A stretch of 64,000 nt of DNA, from the NCBI GenBank assembly GCA_963804795.1, contig CAWDRS010000011.1, forward strand, positions 281,228-345,227, read 5' to 3'. Position 1 is the stretch's first letter. The number at the start of each line of letters is the position of its first letter. The position numbers were made by a program, and so were the translations under genes. A model generated the notes under the pieces. The model was given only the letters and a program-made list of their open reading frames with translations, did no database searches and had not been told where the DNA came from. The stretch is from an uncultured Acidobacteriota bacterium. Its GTDB lineage: Bacteria > Acidobacteriota > Vicinamibacteria > Vicinamibacterales > 2-12-FULL-66-21. Shown in pieces: positions 61,794 through 64,000 of the stretch.

Positions 61794-62724
61794 CTATGCC
61801 GTGCGCCGACCGGCGTCCAGCGGCTGCCGAAGCAGATGTCTCAGCGCCCACTCAGGTCTACCTGGGGCCTCCTCCAGACCCCCGACGGCACAGGCGATCA
61901 TCCACGCCCAATAGACGGGGATCAGCAGCTCCCTTTCGACCTCGCTCAACACTGACTCCTCCTCGTAGCCCTCGAGAAGATCCGCGTCCCGACCGCGCCA
62001 TGACAGCACGAAGTCGGCGATGCGCAAGTCCAGGTGGGTCACGTCGAAATCGAAGACCGCAGACAACCGACCGCCTGCGTACCTGATGTTCCACGGCGTC
62101 AAGTCGCCATGGATGACTGTTGCGGCCGGTGCGCTCGGCATGAGCTCGTCGAGGCGTCGTCTCGTCGCGTCGGCGTACTCGAGGAGGATTCGACCGGCTT
62201 CAGGATCCCGGCGAGCGTACTCTCCGGAGCACCGTCTCCGCGGGGCGCTTCCCACGGCGATCGAAGAGGCCTTCCGGCGCGGTCCGCCACCTGTCGCGCT
62301 GGCCAAGGTGTGTCAGCCCGGACAGATCGACGTGCAGACGTGCCAGGAGCCTGCCGCGCGCGCGCTGCTCGGCGCGTCGGCCCGAGGCCGATCTGGGTGC
62401 CGGGCTGCGGCCCGGCAGATACGGGAACACACACCAACTTCCCGTCGCCTCGTGCGCAACATCAGCGAGCGGCGCAGCAACGGGCCACCCCCGGCTCCGC
62501 AGATGGCGGAGCACGGAGTGCTCGTACGCAATCTCTGCGGGGCTGCACTCCGGTGCATAGCGCCTCAGCACTACCTGCTCACGGCCCGTCCGCACGATCC
62601 AATGCGTGTTCCTGCCGGTCTTCACCCGCCGGATCGATGACGCGACAATGCGGAACCGGCGCAAGGCGCCCTGGCAGCACTGCACGCCGTGTCTCCCCTC
62701 CTTCGTCGACATGAGCTTGTCCAT
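61794..62724 (-). pseudogene. Aminoglycoside-phosphotransferase/homoserine-kinase-II (APH) family kinase, +1 frameshift at 62217-62222
   Basis: ORF 62200..62724(-) is the N-lobe and ORF 61794..62306(-) carries VIHGDLTPWNI and FDFD motifs. The junction on the coding strand is CGG-AGA-G-TAC. Confidence 0.75.
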
Positions 62725-62790
62725 GAAAAAACACTGAGCGTGCGGATCATCGACGTCGCCTTCTTCGACCGGACGCGTCGCTACGACAGA

Positions 62791-62974
62791 GTAGAACGTA
62801 TCTCACAAATGCGGCGCGAGCGAGCACCGCGAGCGAGCCACGCGACCGGCCCGCCTACGCCAAGGCTTCGGCGAGGTCTCGCCGTAGCGCTTCGCGCGGA
62901 GGCGGAAGCGCGCCGGCGACGCGGCGCGCGAGAGAGCGTGTAGGGGAGTCCGAGGGGCGAAGCCCCTCGGCTGA
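62791..62974 (-). repeat. Repeat family A, copy A7 (long form)
   Basis: GTAGAACGTATCTCACAAATGCGGCGCGAGCGAGCACCGCGAGCGAGCCACGCGACCGGCCCGCC...GAGGGGCGAAGCCCCTCGG. Confidence 0.9.
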
Positions 62975-62976
62975 GA

Positions 62977-64000
62977 CTAGAGTCGAACGGCGATCGGAGA
63001 TCCCTCGAACACCAGGCTGCGCTGATTCTTCTCTCCCGCCACTCGGATCTCCATTGCCCGGCGCGCCGGCGGGAGCATCCGCGAGCCCGGCGCGAGCCGC
63101 AGCGACAGGCGACGTGTGGCATCGGTCCAGTTCATCTCGATTTTCATCCACTCACCGCGTCGATAGTCGAACGATCTTCCGTCGTCTTCGTACAGCGAAT
63201 AGGTGCCGTCGGCGCCTGGATAGATGGTGACGGAAAGGGGGCCTGAGACGGGTTCGTCGGCGTACTGCTTGATCGGGCCCATCGGCAGAATCGCGCCGGA
63301 CCGAACGTGCAGTGGCATCGTCGCCAAATCGACCGACCGATCGATCTCGCGACCACCCGTAACGCGTTCTTCCGTCCAGAAATCGAACCACGTGCCGCGA
63401 GGAAGATACAGTCTCCGCACGGTGGCGCCTTTCTCGACGACAGGCGAGACCAGGATGTCGCGGCCCCAGAAGTACTGATCGCCGCGCGCGACGGCCTGGG
63501 CATCGTCGGGATGGTGCAACCAGAGCGCGCGCATCATCGGCAGGCCTGTCTCGCAGCACTCGCGCGCGGCGCCGTAGACATAGGGCAGCAGGCGGTAGCG
63601 CAGCTCGAGGTACTTCTTCACGATTGGCTCGACGGCTGCATTGTGCAGCTCGCTGGGATCGGGATTGGCTGCGCCGTTCGTGCTGGCGCGTACCTCGGAG
63701 AGGCCCAGCTCGCCGGTGTTCCAGCCCCAGGGCAGCCGGAGATGCCACGTGCGGCCATGAGATCGAAAGAGCGGGCAGAAGGCGCCGAACTGGAACCAGC
63801 GCACGTGCAGCTCGCCGGTGTACTCGGGCGTCGGCACGAAGCCGCCGATATCTGTTCCCCAGAAAGGGATGCCTGATAGGCCGGTGTTGATGGCCACCGG
63901 CACGTGGGTCTTGAGCGTCTCCCACGTCGAGAACACGTCGCCGGACCAGAGGAACGCGCCGTAGCGCTGCATCCCGGGCGAGCCGTTGCGGTGCAGCGCG
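62977..64000 (-). CDS. Glycoside hydrolase family 31 (alpha-glucosidase/alpha-xylosidase type), C-terminal part; the gene continues past the window end
   Basis: ..FLWSGDVFSTWETLK..GIPFWGTDIGGF..RWFQFGAFCPLFRSHG.. are GH31 catalytic-domain motifs, followed by the distal beta-sandwich. Confidence 0.85.
   Translation of the reverse strand, partial: ALHRNGSPGMQRYGAFLWSGDVFSTWETLKTHVPVAINTGLSGIPFWGTDIGGFVPTPEYTGELHVRWFQFGAFCPLFRSHGRTWHLRLPWGWNTGELGLSEVRASTNGAANPDPSELHNAAVEPIVKKYLELRYRLLPYVYGAARECCETGLPMMRALWLHHPDDAQAVARGDQYFWGRDILVSPVVEKGATVRRLYLPRGTWFDFWTEERVTGGREIDRSVDLATMPLHVRSGAILPMGPIKQYADEPVSGPLSVTIYPGADGTYSLYEDDGRSFDYRRGEWMKIEMNWTDATRRLSLRLAPGSRMLPPARRAMEIRVAGEKNQRSLVFEGSPIAVRL

Overview
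High-GC segment (roughly two-thirds G+C by eye, not computed). By inference it comes from an Acidobacteriota-like soil bacterium: it carries a PadR regulator next to an ADOP-type duplicated FtsX permease, a TonB receptor with a CarboxypepD_reg N-terminus, a DUF1592/DUF1552 pair and many secreted hydrolases and peptidases. I recognise about 55 protein-coding genes. They include a Weimberg-type sugar-acid catabolic cluster (1-7.6 kb), a receptor/lyase/esterase glycan-uptake neighbourhood (17.5-25 kb), and a NagA/NagB/oxidoreductase group (32.5-36 kb). There are also several large peptidases (M13, S9, S8, tricorn-like S41) and many small DUF proteins. I found no rRNA, tRNA, CRISPR array, transposase, integrase or phage genes, and no recognisable defence system. 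Two signals stand out. (1) Nine genes are broken only by insertions, 13 extra bases in total. Every event I can localise except one sits on a GTAC, and deleting a single G immediately 5' of TAC on one strand or the other repairs it. That is a motif-linked systematic process: either miscalling at a modified GTAC motif or a real motif-targeted mutation. (2) Intergenic DNA is saturated with at least five families of structured GC-rich repeats. These include two tandem arrays and MITE-like elements whose ~70-bp inverted arms are built from short tandem words. There is also a patch of gene fragments at 60.7-62.7 kb. All functional calls come from motifs read in the ORF translations. No database search was run.
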